Source: a virus (lineage: Duplodnaviria > Caudoviricetes). Taken from it: a stretch of 64,000 nt of DNA. Positions within the stretch are counted from its first letter, which is position 1, and every line of letters begins with the position of its first letter. This document shows, one piece after another, positions 1 to 11,425 of this stretch. The stretch spans positions 17,751-81,750 of IMG/VR virus record IMGVR_UViG_3300028048_000121. One strand, 5' to 3'. Below the pieces are notes generated by a model that saw nothing but the letters and a program-made list of their open reading frames with translations, searched no databases and was not told where the DNA came from. The position numbers and the translations under genes are program-made.

Positions 1-2
1 AT

Positions 3-293
3 AAAGATATTCAAGAAAAAATAAAATAGGATTATGGAATAACTTATTCTATTACATATCTATCTGCGGTATGGCGACAAAAAATTCCTAAAATAATTTC
101 TGAGAAAGCAAAAGAAGAATGGATTATTTGGCATTATACTTTTGAAGAAAAGGGAAAATGGAAAAAATGTTCTCGTTGTCATTAGATTAAGCTTGCCCAT
201 CCTTATTTTTTTACAAAAAATAAAACTGCAAAAGACGGTTGGTATAGTATGTGTAAATGTTGCAGAAATAAAAAGAAAATTAAAATTAATTAA
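3..293 (+). CDS. 3' end of a conserved phage protein with C-terminal Cys4 zinc finger (partial; TAG read-through)
   Basis: Frame from nt 3 is open to TAA 291-293 if two TAGs are sense; CSRCH*IKLAH...YSMCKCCR. Confidence 0.6.
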
Positions 294-295
294 AT

Positions 296-339
296 GGACA
301 AAAATCTTTAATTTGTATTAATTTTTTTTATATAATATA
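296..339 (+). promoter_or_regulatory. Putative phage-specific (late) promoter motif GGWCAAA..TAA..TTTTA
   Basis: Fixed-spacing motif found 8 times in the window; this copy is just upstream of the SD and ATG 361. Confidence 0.6.
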
Positions 340-360
340 AATAAGAAAGAAGGAAATGTT

Positions 361-1701
361 ATGGCAACAAAAAAATTAAAAGGACAACAAGAAGATGCAA
401 ATGGAAAATGTCAATGTTAGAGATGCGGTAAACGCATTGGTCAAATAAATTTTTATACATATAAAGATGGTAGCAAGTGTGAAATTTGTAAACCTTGTCT
501 AACAGCTCGTATTGATAATTTTGATCCTACTACTTTTGAATGGATTCTTGAAAAAATGGATGTTCCTTATGTACCAACTGAATGGAATGTATTAAGAGAT
601 AGGGCTTTTGCTAAAGATCCGTACAAAATGAATGGAATGTCTGTTATTGGTAAGTATCTTGCAAAAATGAAACTGAAACAGTGGAGTAAATATGGATACG
701 CTGATACAAAAAAGATTCAAGAAGAAATGGAAGCTGAAAAGGCTAAAAAGGAGAAAGCAGAAGCTGATGAAAAGGCACGATATGAAGCTGAGCTTAAAGT
801 AAAATTAAGTTAGGGAAAAATATCTCCCGCTCAATATCAGACTCTTGTTAGCACAGAAACTCAAAATAAAGAGTTACTACGTTGGGGAGATGTAATCACT
901 GGTTAGCATTTAGGTCAAATATTTTAGACTAATGGTCAACCGCAATCTTATGAGGAAGCATTAAAGCAAGCAAAAAATCCTTTTCAAGAACAGAATTTTA
1001 TGTCTGAAAGTGATATAATAGACCCTGGCGCTGATTTAGATAAAGAAGATAAAATGTATCTTGCGGTTAAATGGGGAAGGCTTTATAAGCCTAGTCAATG
1101 GGTTGCTCTTGAACAGTTATATAATGAATTTATGGATTCTTTTGATATTCAAGGCGCGGCACGTATAGATACATTAAAAATGATTTGTAAAACTTCTTTA
1201 AAAATGAATGAAGCAATTGATTGCGGCGATATTGATTCTTATCAGAAACTATCTCGTGTATACGATTCTATGATGAAATCCGCAAAATTTACAGAAGCAC
1301 AAAATAAAGATAAAGATGGAGATGCTATTGATTCTGCATCTGCTATTGTTGATTTTGTTGAGGCTCATACTGGTGAAATTCCACGTTATGAATGTAAAGA
1401 GCCACAAGATATTGTAGATCAAATTATTGCTGATTTAAAAGCTTATAATAAGAGTTTAATTTATGAAGATAAATCTTTGGCTCAAGAAATTGAAAAATAT
1501 TTACAAGATAAACGAATTTCAGAAGAAATGAAAAAAGATAAAAAAGATGCAAGAGCAAAAGGTTTGGAAAATGTTGAACTTGAAGATGATGATTTTACTG
1601 ATTATAAAAATTCCTTAAATCATATGAAATCTCATGATAAAGATTTAAATGATGAATTAATTTAGGAAGAATATATAAACAGGAGGGTTCAACACGAATG
1701 A
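361..1701 (+). CDS. Zinc-finger protein upstream of TerL, candidate terminase small subunit (TAG read-through)
   Basis: ATG 361 with SD; same frame as track ORFs 556 and 1000; only TAG interrupts; TGA 1699-1701 overlaps the TerL ATG (ATGA). CxC*RC and CxxC motifs; function inferred from position. Confidence 0.6.
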
Positions 1702-3434
1702 ATTTAAAAGAGTTATTAAAATTATCTTCTGACAGAGAATATAAAAAGCAAGGAATATCAGAATAGCGATTATTAAAAGATATTACTGGATTAAGAAAAT
1801 TAATTGCTTATTTTAGATAGTATCCTGATATTTTTGTTGATTTTATAAAAGGAAAAGATAGTACATTTAATTTTTTATTTTATCAAAGAGTGTTTCTTAG
1901 AATTGTTATGCGGCATCGTTATGTGTACGCGACTTTTCCGCGCGCTTATTCGAAGTCTTTTTTGTCAATGATGGCGCTGATGATAAGATGCATTTTATAT
2001 CCTAACTCACATTTGTTTGTGACCACTGGCGGCAAGGAACAAGCAGCTAGTATCACAATTGCTAAGATCTAGGAAATATGTAAACTTATACCTGGTTTAA
2101 ATAATGAAATTAACTGGGATCGCGGTGTTTCGACTAGATCAAAAGATAATGTTAAATATGTATTTAAAAATGGTTCTACTATTGACATATTGGCGGCAAG
2201 ACAGTCTTCAAGAGGACAACGTAGAACTGGTGGCTTGATGGAGTAGTGCGTTTTAATTGATGGTGATATTCTAAATGAAGTTATTATTCCTACAACAAAC
2301 GTTGATAGACGCTTGTCTGATGGTACTCGTCATAAAGAAGAGAATGTTAATAAATCACAGATTTATATAACCACCGCTGGATGGAAAAATTCGTTTGCAT
2401 ATCACAAACTGATATAGATCTTGATTAATTCAATTTTAGATCCAGATGAATATATGATTATGGGGGGAACTTATTAGACTCCAGTTATTTCTGGTCTATT
2501 GGATGAAGATTTTGTATAGCAATTAAGATTACAAGGTACATTTAATGATGAATCATTTAATAGATAGTATCGTAGTATTTGGTCTGGTGATGTAGAAAAT
2601 GCATTTTTCTCTTCTGAAAAATTTGATAAATATAGAGTATTATTACAACCATAGTATGAATATAGCGGGCGGTCTGCAAAAAATGCATATTATGTATTTG
2701 GAATAGACGTTGGGCGTGTAGGATGTACAACTGAAATTTGTGTTTTTAAAGTAACACCGCAAATTCAAGGGGCAGCTCATAAGACTCTTGTTAATATTTA
2801 CACTTATGATGCAGAACATTTTGAAACTCAATGTATTCATATAAAACATTTATATGCAAAATATAGACCTCGAAGAATTGCAATAGACGCCAATGGCTTA
2901 GGCGTTGGACTAATAGATTATTTAGTAAAAACACAAGATACAGAAGATGGCTAGTATCTTGCTCCTTTTGGAGTTTATAATACAGATGAATATCCTGAAT
3001 ATAAAAAATTTATAACTCCAGATACAGTACGAGATATTTTATTTTTAATAAAAGCAAATGCTCCTATTAATACTGAAGCATATAGTTATGCACAAACTCA
3101 AATGTTTAGTGGTAAAATTAGATTTTTAATTGATGAAGGATTAGCAAAAACTAAATTAATGTCCACTAAACAAGGTCAAAATATGAACATTGATGAAAGA
3201 AATGAATATTTAAGACCTTTTATTTTAACCTCTATTTTAAAAGAACAAATGTTAAATTTAGTAGAAGAAAATGAAGGAGTTAATATTATTCTTAAACAAA
3301 GTAATAGAAGTATCAAGAAAGATAAATTTTCTGCTTTTATTTATGGACTTTATTATATTAGATATGAAGAAGAATTAAATAAAAAGAAAAGAAAACGTAA
3401 TATTTCTGATTTTTTATTTTTTACTCCAAGTTAA
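1698..3434 (+). CDS. terL: Terminase large subunit (about 10 in-frame TAG)
   Basis: Walker A FPRAYSKS, RGQRRTGGLME* Walker B, ITTAG coupling motif, FNR*Y, nuclease GIDVG and KDKFSA motifs; one frame joins track ORFs 1890 and 3102. Confidence 0.9.
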
Positions 3435-3478
3435 GGTCAAATTTTATTAATGTTATAGAGAAAATTTTATAATAATAG
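3435..3478 (+). promoter_or_regulatory. Putative phage-specific promoter motif
   Basis: GGTCAAA at 3435, with TTTTA ending at motif position 35. Confidence 0.55.
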
Positions 3479-3583
3479 TGAAGGAGAAAAAAGGGAACAA
3501 TAGATTAGCTACCTATTGAGTAATGTTTACTCCTTTTAAACAAGCTTTTTTCTTTTTAATATTTTTATAAAGGAGATAAAAAT

Positions 3584-4489
3584 ATGAAAAAAATGACGAT
3601 AGGAGAATATAATAAAAAGTTACAAGAAAAATATCCTAAAGATAATTTATCTTGTCTTGAATATTCTTTAATGACAAAACCGTGTATAATTCAATGTAAT
3701 AACTGTGGTAAAATATATTCTTTTACTCAGGGGCAATTTGCTTTAAAACGAAAAGATATATTTTGTAAAAAATGTAAAGATTCTAATAGATGGAGAGAAA
3801 CTAAAGAAAAATTTAAAGATTGGTTAAATTATCAATAGAATTTTACATTAATAGATGATTTATCAGATATTTATGATTCACAACAACATGTGAAATGTCG
3901 ATGTAATAAATGTGGAAAAATTCAAGAAAATAAAAAAATTTATGATTATTTACGAGGTGTTCGATGTTATTGTGAAACTAAAAGCAGTAAAAAGACAGAA
4001 TAGATCTTGAGAAAAGAGTTGGATAATGAATATGATTTTTCTTTTGAAGAATATGTAAATACAGATACAAAAATGAATTTTATACATAAAAAGTGTGGAC
4101 AGAATTTTATTTATACGCCAAGGGATTTATTACGTAATTATGGGTTTTGTCCTAATTGTAATAAAAATCGTTCACATGGTGAAAATACAATTCATAACTT
4201 ATTAGTTGATGCTTCTATTTCTTTTATAGAAGAATATCAAATTAATATAGATAAACGAACCTTGAGATTAGATTTCTTTTTACCAAAAAATAATATTGCG
4301 ATTGAATTTAATGGGATTCAACATTATCAATCTATATAGCATTTTGGTGGATAGGAAGCCTTTATAAAAAGACAAAGATATGATAATATAAAAAAACAAT
4401 GGTGTGAACATAATAATATTAAATTAATTATTATAAAATATGATGAAGATATATTAAAAAGGTTAGAGATGGAAGGGGTTATAAAATGA
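3584..4489 (+). CDS. Free-standing homing-type endonuclease: CxxC repeats plus PD-(D/E)XK/Vsr-like domain (TAG read-through)
   Basis: Joins ORFs 3584 and 4007; SHGE...LRLDFFLP...IAIEFNGIQHY..I*HFGG*EAF; TGA 4487-4489 overlaps the next ATG. Confidence 0.75.
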
Positions 4490-4842
4490 AGGCATCGAGA
4501 GGTGAAATAAAGATTTTTTAGATTCTAAAATAGTCTGGATTAGAGTTCGCAGAAGAATACTCTTTTCCAGATTTAGTAAGTAATATGGGTCGTCCATTAA
4601 GATTTGATTTTGCGGTTTTTGATGATTAGCATAATATTGATTTTCTTATTGAATTTCAAGGTATTCAACATTATGAAGCTAAAGAAAAATTTGGTGGTTA
4701 TAATGGATTAAGAAAACAACAATATAATGATATGAAGAAAAGATAGTATTGTCGAGATCATGGTATTAATTTAGTTATTATTCCTTATTGGGATTAGGCA
4801 ATAGTAACCTATGATTATATTCTCAATGCGGCGGGCTATTGA
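4486..4842 (+). CDS. Small PD-(D/E)XK/Vsr-like nuclease in the packaging module (5 TAG; absent from track)
   Basis: MKASRGEIKIF*ILK*SG...LRFDFAVFDD*HNIDFLIEFQGIQHY...KKR*YC...IPYWD*A; ends TGA. Confidence 0.75.
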
Positions 4843-4862
4843 AGAAGGAGAGGTATCTAAAG

Positions 4863-6443
4863 TTGATTAATCGAATGGCTTAGATAAAAAAGAAAGGCTT
4901 TAATATGATTGGCACTGAAGATGATCAAATTCTTAATTAGGCTAATGGTTCTTATGTACCTGTTGATTTTGCAAAAATTCGAGTTGGAGTAAAATCTGTT
5001 TCAGATGCAATTCTTAAATTAGGTGATTTTCGTAAAATAAGTCCACAGTTAGCAGATAAGGTACAAGTTTTAAGAGCGATTCATTATGGTGACCTTGATA
5101 GAATGAGAGATATATCTAATTATTTTTATAAAATTAGTGGTATTTATCAAAGGTTATGTCGTTATATGGCATATATGTATAGATATGATTGGCTCGTAAC
5201 TCCTTATTATGATACTGATACAATTAAACCAAATAAATTACTCGATGGTTTTAATAAAGTTTTAACATATTTGGATAAATTTTAGGCGAAAAAATTTTTT
5301 GGTGAAGTTGCTTTAAAAGTAGTTAGAAATGGCTGTTATTATGGTTATTTAATTGCACGTAATGGAACTGTTGTTGTTCAGGAGCTACCACCAAAATATT
5401 GCAGATCACGTCTTATTGTAAATGGACAACCAGCTGTTGAATTTAATATGAAATATTTTAATGATATGTTCATGGATACAGAACAAAGAGCAAGAATGTT
5501 AAAAATATTCCCACCAGAGTTTGAAAAGGGTTATAAATTATATAAACAAGGAAAATTAAAACCTGAATTTCCTGGAGATGAATCTGGTTGGTATTTACTT
5601 GAAGTTGGTTCTGTTATTAAATTTAATTTAAATGGAGAAGATTTTCCACCTTTTATTGCGGTTATTCCTGCAATCATTGACTTAGATGCAGCTCAAGATC
5701 TCGATCGCCGCAAGATGCAACAGCAATTATTAAAAATCATTATTCAGAAAATGCCTATTGATAAGAATGGTGATTTGGTATTTGATGTGGATGAGGCACA
5801 ACAACTCCACAATAACGCAGTGCAAATGCTATCAAAAGCTATTGGTATTGATGTTCTAACAACTTTTGCTGATGTTGAAGTTGCAGATATGGCAGATAAT
5901 AAAACATCAACAACTACAGATGATTTAGAAAAAGTGGAACGCACAGTTTATAATGAAGCTGGTGTTTCACAGATGCAATTTAATACTGATGGTAATATTG
6001 CTCTTGAAAAATCTATTTTAAATGATGAAGCTTCAATGTGGAATTTAATTCAACAATTTGAAACATTTTTAAATATTTTATTAATACCATATAATAAAAG
6101 TCCAAAGAAAGTAAGTTATAGAGCGCAAATTCTTCCTACTACAATTTATAATTATAAAGACTTAGCTAAACAATATAAAGAACACACTCAATTAGGATAT
6201 TCAAAAATGTTACCACAAATAGCTTTAGGACAATCTCAAAGTGCAGTATTAGCTACGGCATACTTTGAAAATGATATTCTTGATTTAGTTAATGTATTTA
6301 TTCCACCATTAATGTCTAGTACAATGAATGCAGAAGTATTAAATCGTAATAAAAATAATAGTGGAGAAGGGGCGGGTAGACCTGAAAAAGCTGATGATGA
6401 AAAGTCTACTAAAACATTACAGAATCAAGAATCATTAAGTTAA
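4863..6443 (+). CDS. Portal protein (TAG read-through)
   Basis: TTG start after AAGGAGAGG; joins ORFs 5103 and 5448; about 526 aa between TerL and the head protease; C-terminal GRP motif typical of portals. Confidence 0.8.
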
Positions 6444-6462
6444 AAAATTTTTAAAATTTTTT

Positions 6463-6507
6463 GGACAAAAGTTATTAAAGAAAAAAGTTAATTTTTTATT
6501 ATATATA
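6463..6507 (+). promoter_or_regulatory. Putative phage-specific promoter motif
   Basis: GGACAAAA..TAA..TTTTTTA upstream of the head operon. Confidence 0.55.
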
Positions 6508-6534
6508 TGAGGGATGAAAGGAGAATTTTTACTT

Positions 6535-7875
6535 ATGCATCAATCAGTTGCAACAATTGATTCTCCAGAATTTTTAAATCTTCAACCTCTTGATATTAAC
6601 CCTTTAATGTCAAAATGTGAAATTAAAGTCCTTTATGTAGGAGCTAATAGAAACCACACTTTTATTAGTGAAGAAGTTGCGGCTGAGATTGGTAAAACTC
6701 TTCGTGGCGCCCCTATTGTTGGTTATTATAAATAGAGTAAAGAAGATTTCAGAGATCATGGAGAAAAAGTAATTATTGATGATGAAGGAGTTAAATTCGA
6801 ATGTCAAACTATTCCTTATGGATTTGTAGCACCAGATGCTAAAGTTTGGTTTCAAAATTTTGAAGACCATGATGGAATGGGAAATTCAGTAATTCATAAA
6901 TATCTTATGACTACTGGTTATCTCTGGACAGGTCAATTCCCAGAATCCAGCTTACCTGTGGAAGAAGGTCGTCCGCAATCAATGGAACTTCAAAATGAAT
7001 CTGTACAAGGACATTGGGAAACTAATTATGATAATGGAATGGACTTCTTTATTATAAATGATGCAATTATTCAAAAAATTTGCATATTAGGAGACGATGT
7101 TGAGCCTTGCTTCGAAGGCGCTTCTGTAACGGCTCCAGATGTAAGTACAAAATTTACATTAGACGATAATTTTAAGCACACACTTTATAGTATGATGCAA
7201 GATTTAAAGAATGCCCTAAACGGAGGAGGACAACAGATGGATAATCTTGAAAACACTGTTTCTGTTGAAGAAGAGACTGTAACACCTGTATCTGATTTTA
7301 CTCAGGTAGACGAAGTAGCTTCTGAAACAGTTTCAGAGGTTAATGAAAACATAGAGGATACTTCTGCTCCTGCTGATTATGTAAAAGAAGACGATGAAAA
7401 GAAAGAAGAATCTGATGATTCTGATTCTGATTCTGAATCTGAAGATGGTAATGATAAAGAGGATGAAGATAAAGAAAAAGCTAAAAAGTATGATTTACTT
7501 GAAGAGTCTTTTAATATTTTAAATGAATCTTTTAATACTTTAAAAGATTCTTATAGCGCACTTCAAAGTCAATATCAAGAACTTGTAAATTTCAAGAGAG
7601 AAATTGATAATCAGAAAAAGGATGCCCTTATTGCTGAATTTTATATGCTTTCCGATGAGGATAAAGCAGATGTCATTCAGAATAAAGAAAAGTATACTTT
7701 AGAAGAAATTAAAGCAAAACTTTCTGTAACTTGTTTTGATAAAAAAGTTAGTTTTTCTAAAGAAGAAACTAATAACAAGGAAGAAGAAATTGTTACTTAT
7801 ACAATAAATGATAATGAAAACAACAGCCTACCAGATTGGGTGAAAGCTGTTAAAGAACAAGAGAAACTTGGTTAA
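6535..7875 (+). CDS. Prohead protease / scaffold fusion (1 TAG at 6733)
   Basis: VLYVGANRN, PIVGYYK*SKEDFRDHG, GYLW, QSMEL, CILG..VEPCFEGA protease motifs; acidic coiled-coil C-terminus. Confidence 0.75.
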
Positions 7876-7900
7876 TTAATTTTTAGGAGGATGCTTAAAA

Positions 7901-8488
7901 ATGGCAGATATTAAGAGAAAAGGCTATGGACAGGTTGAGCCTAATCACCTTTCTGGTATTGTCACTGGTCAGATTTATGCACAATTACCTGCAATGACTA
8001 TTACTACAACTGGTTCAGGTGAGAGTGCGGTAACTACAAAGACTCCAATGAATCAGCTTGAGCAGGGTCAATTTGCAAAATATGATTATGCGGCTGGCGC
8101 TGTAGATTTTACCGGTGAGGGTGAATTCATGCTTGTCTATAATGAAGAGAAACTTTATGATGAGAGAAAACAATCTCATAAAGATTTTGTTTATAAGGCA
8201 ACAGATTTTACAGATGGAAAAATGTTTCCACGTTTAATTAGAACTTATATTGGAGATATTTTTACAACTAATATGATTGGTGCTGCTAATACCGCCGATA
8301 GTGAAACTGATGTTACTATTGGTACAGATGCAACTTTAGTGGTCGGAGCTTATGTTGCTCCAAATGCAAATACTGGAATTTTAACAGTTTCAGCTAATAA
8401 ACCAGCTAGTGGTATGGCATGGAAGATTGTTAAAGTTTATACAATGCCAGACGGTCAGTTTGGTGTTAAGATTCAAAGAGTACAGTAA
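7901..8488 (+). CDS. Head structural (decoration-like) protein
   Basis: Strong SD; lies between protease/scaffold and capsid; TAG-free. Confidence 0.55.
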   Translation: MADIKRKGYGQVEPNHLSGIVTGQIYAQLPAMTITTTGSGESAVTTKTPMNQLEQGQFAKYDYAAGAVDFTGEGEFMLVYNEEKLYDERKQSHKDFVYKATDFTDGKMFPRLIRTYIGDIFTTNMIGAANTADSETDVTIGTDATLVVGAYVAPNANTGILTVSANKPASGMAWKIVKVYTMPDGQFGVKIQRVQ

Positions 8489-8505
8489 TAAGGAGGAAAG
8501 AAAAA

Positions 8506-9582
8506 ATGGCATTAACAAGAGATCAACTTATTGAGTTAGCTAGAGCCAATGCGAAAGCTTCATTAAATCCTTCTGTTGCTTATTCTTTTGGCGGCGAAAA
8601 GCTTTCAGCGGAAGCTTTGAATAAAACATTTATTAAGGAGTTAAATGAACTTGGTTCTACTCCTCAGGATTTTAGAGAAAATAAAAATCTTATTTATACA
8701 TTAATGGAAGTCGGTCTTACTGAGGTTCTTCCTCAGAAGGTAATGCAAGCTTATGGACAGTTTGCTGATGTTCGTACTTTTGCACAGGGTGTGAAACCTG
8801 TTTATAAAGTAAGAATTAGTGAAGCTTCCAAGAAACGTGCTAAGCAGTTTGTTACTAGAGTCGGTCTTGCTGGTAGATATGAAGTCTTTAAACTTGATGG
8901 ATATTCACTTGAAGTTCCTACAGCTGCTTATGGCGGAGCTTCTCGAATTGAATGGGAAGAGCTGCTTGATGGTCGTATGACTATGAATGATTATTACAGC
9001 CTTGTTCTTGAAGGAATGGATGAAGCTGTTTATAAAGAAATTGCAAAAGCACTTGAAGCATTAATTAATGTTGTTCCTGCACTTCAGAAAGTTGTAAGAA
9101 GTGGATTTAGTGAGACACATATGGATCAGCTTCTTTCTATTGCAGATAGTTATGGTGGAAAGAGTACAATTTATTGTACTTTTGAATTTGCTACTACAAT
9201 GCTTCCTTCTACAGCAAATAATTATGCTTCCTGGTCTGATGCAATGAAAGATGAGATTTGGGCAAATGGATATTTTGCAACGTATAAGGGACATAGAGTA
9301 ATTATCTTACCACAGTCTTTAGAAGATAATGCTGGTAAGACTGCAACTCGTGTAAATAAGGTTATTAATCCTCAGTTTGCTTATATTATCCCAACTGGCG
9401 CTGAAAAGCCTGTTAAGGTTGCATTTGAGGGCGGTGCTCAGGTGAAATCTTTTGATAACCGCGATTGGTCTACTGAAATTCAGACTTATCAGAAACTTGG
9501 TGTAGCTACTTATTTAGTTAATCCTGGAATTTGTGTCTACCAAAATGAAGCTTTAAATCCTTATATTGGATTGCTTAACTAA
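8506..9582 (+). CDS. Major capsid protein
   Basis: 358 aa, AAGGAGG SD, position in the head operon, followed by a terminator; TAG-free. Confidence 0.8.
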   Translation: MALTRDQLIELARANAKASLNPSVAYSFGGEKLSAEALNKTFIKELNELGSTPQDFRENKNLIYTLMEVGLTEVLPQKVMQAYGQFADVRTFAQGVKPVYKVRISEASKKRAKQFVTRVGLAGRYEVFKLDGYSLEVPTAAYGGASRIEWEELLDGRMTMNDYYSLVLEGMDEAVYKEIAKALEALINVVPALQKVVRSGFSETHMDQLLSIADSYGGKSTIYCTFEFATTMLPSTANNYASWSDAMKDEIWANGYFATYKGHRVIILPQSLEDNAGKTATRVNKVINPQFAYIIPTGAEKPVKVAFEGGAQVKSFDNRDWSTEIQTYQKLGVATYLVNPGICVYQNEALNPYIGLLN

Positions 9583-9600
9583 TAGTATTTAAAATTACAT

Positions 9601-9637
9601 AGGGGAGGATTATTAATAATTCTCCCCTTATTTTTTA
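9601..9637 (+). terminator. Rho-independent terminator
   Basis: AGGGGAGGATTATT-AATAATTCTCCCCTT hairpin followed by a T-run. Confidence 0.75.
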
Positions 9638-9665
9638 TAATAGGAGATAAAAGGAGTTTTAAATT

Positions 9666-10250
9666 ATGGATAAAAATAAAATGGTAAAAGTTATTAATAA
9701 ATTTAATGGTATTGTTGGATATGAAGTTCCAGAGTTAGGTGTTAATAGAACTTTTTATCCTAGAGAAAGTAAAAATATTAGTTATGATGAATTAGAAAAG
9801 TTATCATATTTACCTGGCGGTTCTTCTATTTTAAGAAATTATCTTGAAATTACTGATGAAGAAGTTATAATGGAATTGTTTAATATAAAGCCTGAACCAG
9901 AGTATCATTATTCTGAAGATGATGTAAAAAAATTACTTATAACAGGTTCATTAGATCAGTTTTTAGATTGTTTAGATTTTGCTCCTCCAGTGATCATAGA
10001 TATGATTAAAGATATGGCGGTTACACTTCCGCTTAATGATATGGCAAAAAGAGAAGCTATAAAAGATAAAATAGGTTTTGATGTAACAAAAGCTATTGAA
10101 ATTAAAAATACTAAATATGATGGAGAAGTAGAAAATGATGTTGAAGAAAAAGTTTCAACTTCTGGACGTAGAACAGCTCCAATTAAAAATGATAATTCAT
10201 CTGCTGCCCCATCTGGACGTAGATATAAACCAATTACTAAAAATGATTAA
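9666..10250 (+). CDS. Hypothetical virion-associated protein
   Basis: Intact ORF with SD in the morphogenesis cluster. Confidence 0.55.
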   Translation: MDKNKMVKVINKFNGIVGYEVPELGVNRTFYPRESKNISYDELEKLSYLPGGSSILRNYLEITDEEVIMELFNIKPEPEYHYSEDDVKKLLITGSLDQFLDCLDFAPPVIIDMIKDMAVTLPLNDMAKREAIKDKIGFDVTKAIEIKNTKYDGEVENDVEEKVSTSGRRTAPIKNDNSSAAPSGRRYKPITKND

Positions 10251-10271
10251 TTTTTATTAGGGGGTATATAA

Positions 10272-10985
10272 ATGAATACAACTTCATTTTCACTTGTATA
10301 TGACTCCTTTCTTTCAAAAATTACAGATGATATGTATCTAGAATTAACAGAATTAGATACATTTAGAATGTTAGAACAACTTTTACTTTCTGCTATTGAA
10401 AAATTTGAATTTCCCAGAGTAAATTTATGGGATTATGAATTATTTGAAATTGTAGATGAAGTAACTTACAATGGAATAGAAAGCAATTATCAGGATGTTC
10501 AAGCGATTATTTATGATGGTGGTTATTTTAATAATAATTTAACTCATGAAGAAATTAATGTTTTAGCTGTTTACATGATTGTAGAATGGTTAAGTCAACA
10601 ATTAGCAAGCGTTGAAAATACTCGAATGAAGTATAGTGGTTCTGATTTTAAATTTACTTCTCAAGCTAATCATATGCAAAAACTTTTGCAAATGAAGAAA
10701 GATTATGAAAGAGAAGGTTTTCATCTTCAACGATTATATAAAAGAAGAATACAGGATAAAAGAGGTGTTATGCGTTCAACTTTTGGAGTTATTATGCAGC
10801 CTACATTTTATCCATCAGATGATCTTACACAAGATGAATATAGAAATAGAAATGTTATTAATTATGAAGATTTAATTAATAAACCAAAAATAGAACATCA
10901 TGAATTAATTAATGATAAAACTTTTGATGAATTAGATATGTCAAGAATTGATTTTGATGAGCTTGATAATATCACTTCATCATAA
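10272..10985 (+). CDS. Putative head-tail adaptor
   Basis: Position; FS.VYDSFLSKITD start and SDFKFTSQANH motif. Confidence 0.55.
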   Translation: MNTTSFSLVYDSFLSKITDDMYLELTELDTFRMLEQLLLSAIEKFEFPRVNLWDYELFEIVDEVTYNGIESNYQDVQAIIYDGGYFNNNLTHEEINVLAVYMIVEWLSQQLASVENTRMKYSGSDFKFTSQANHMQKLLQMKKDYEREGFHLQRLYKRRIQDKRGVMRSTFGVIMQPTFYPSDDLTQDEYRNRNVINYEDLINKPKIEHHELINDKTFDELDMSRIDFDELDNITSS

Positions 10986-11001
10986 AATGGGGGGTGTAAA
11001 T

Positions 11002-11412
11002 ATGCCAAAATATTTAGACTCAGATGGTGTTGCTTATTTATGGGGAAAATTAAAGAATAATTTAAATAATAAAATGATTTATTATTCTAAAAAGAAAGCT
11101 GAATGGGATTTAAATAAAGACCTTATATCTTAGAAAAATGTTCTTTATATTTATTCAGATTATAAAAGTGTAAATAAAGATACAAAATAGGTTTTTATTC
11201 CTGGATTAAAAATTGGGGATGGAACTACTTATTTAATTGATTTACCTTTTATTAATGATACTGCTGGAGGTAGTGAAATTGAATAGATGATATTAGATCA
11301 TATCAATAATAATATAATTCATATTTCAGCAGAAGAAAGAAACTTTTGGAATAATAAATTAAATTTATTATTATAGCCTGAATCATAGACTCTTATTTTT
11401 AATAGATATTAA
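11002..11412 (+). CDS. Small virion/fibre-associated protein (TAG read-through)
   Basis: YLDSDGVAYLW start, LKIGDGTTYLIDLPF, HIS.EER.FWNNK; ends TAA 11410-11412. Confidence 0.6.
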
Positions 11413-11425
11413 GGAGATTATAAAA

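Noticed and set aside
7400-7480. TCTGAT/TCTGAA short tandem repeat
   Set aside because: Encodes the low-complexity acidic SDSDSE linker of the scaffold region.
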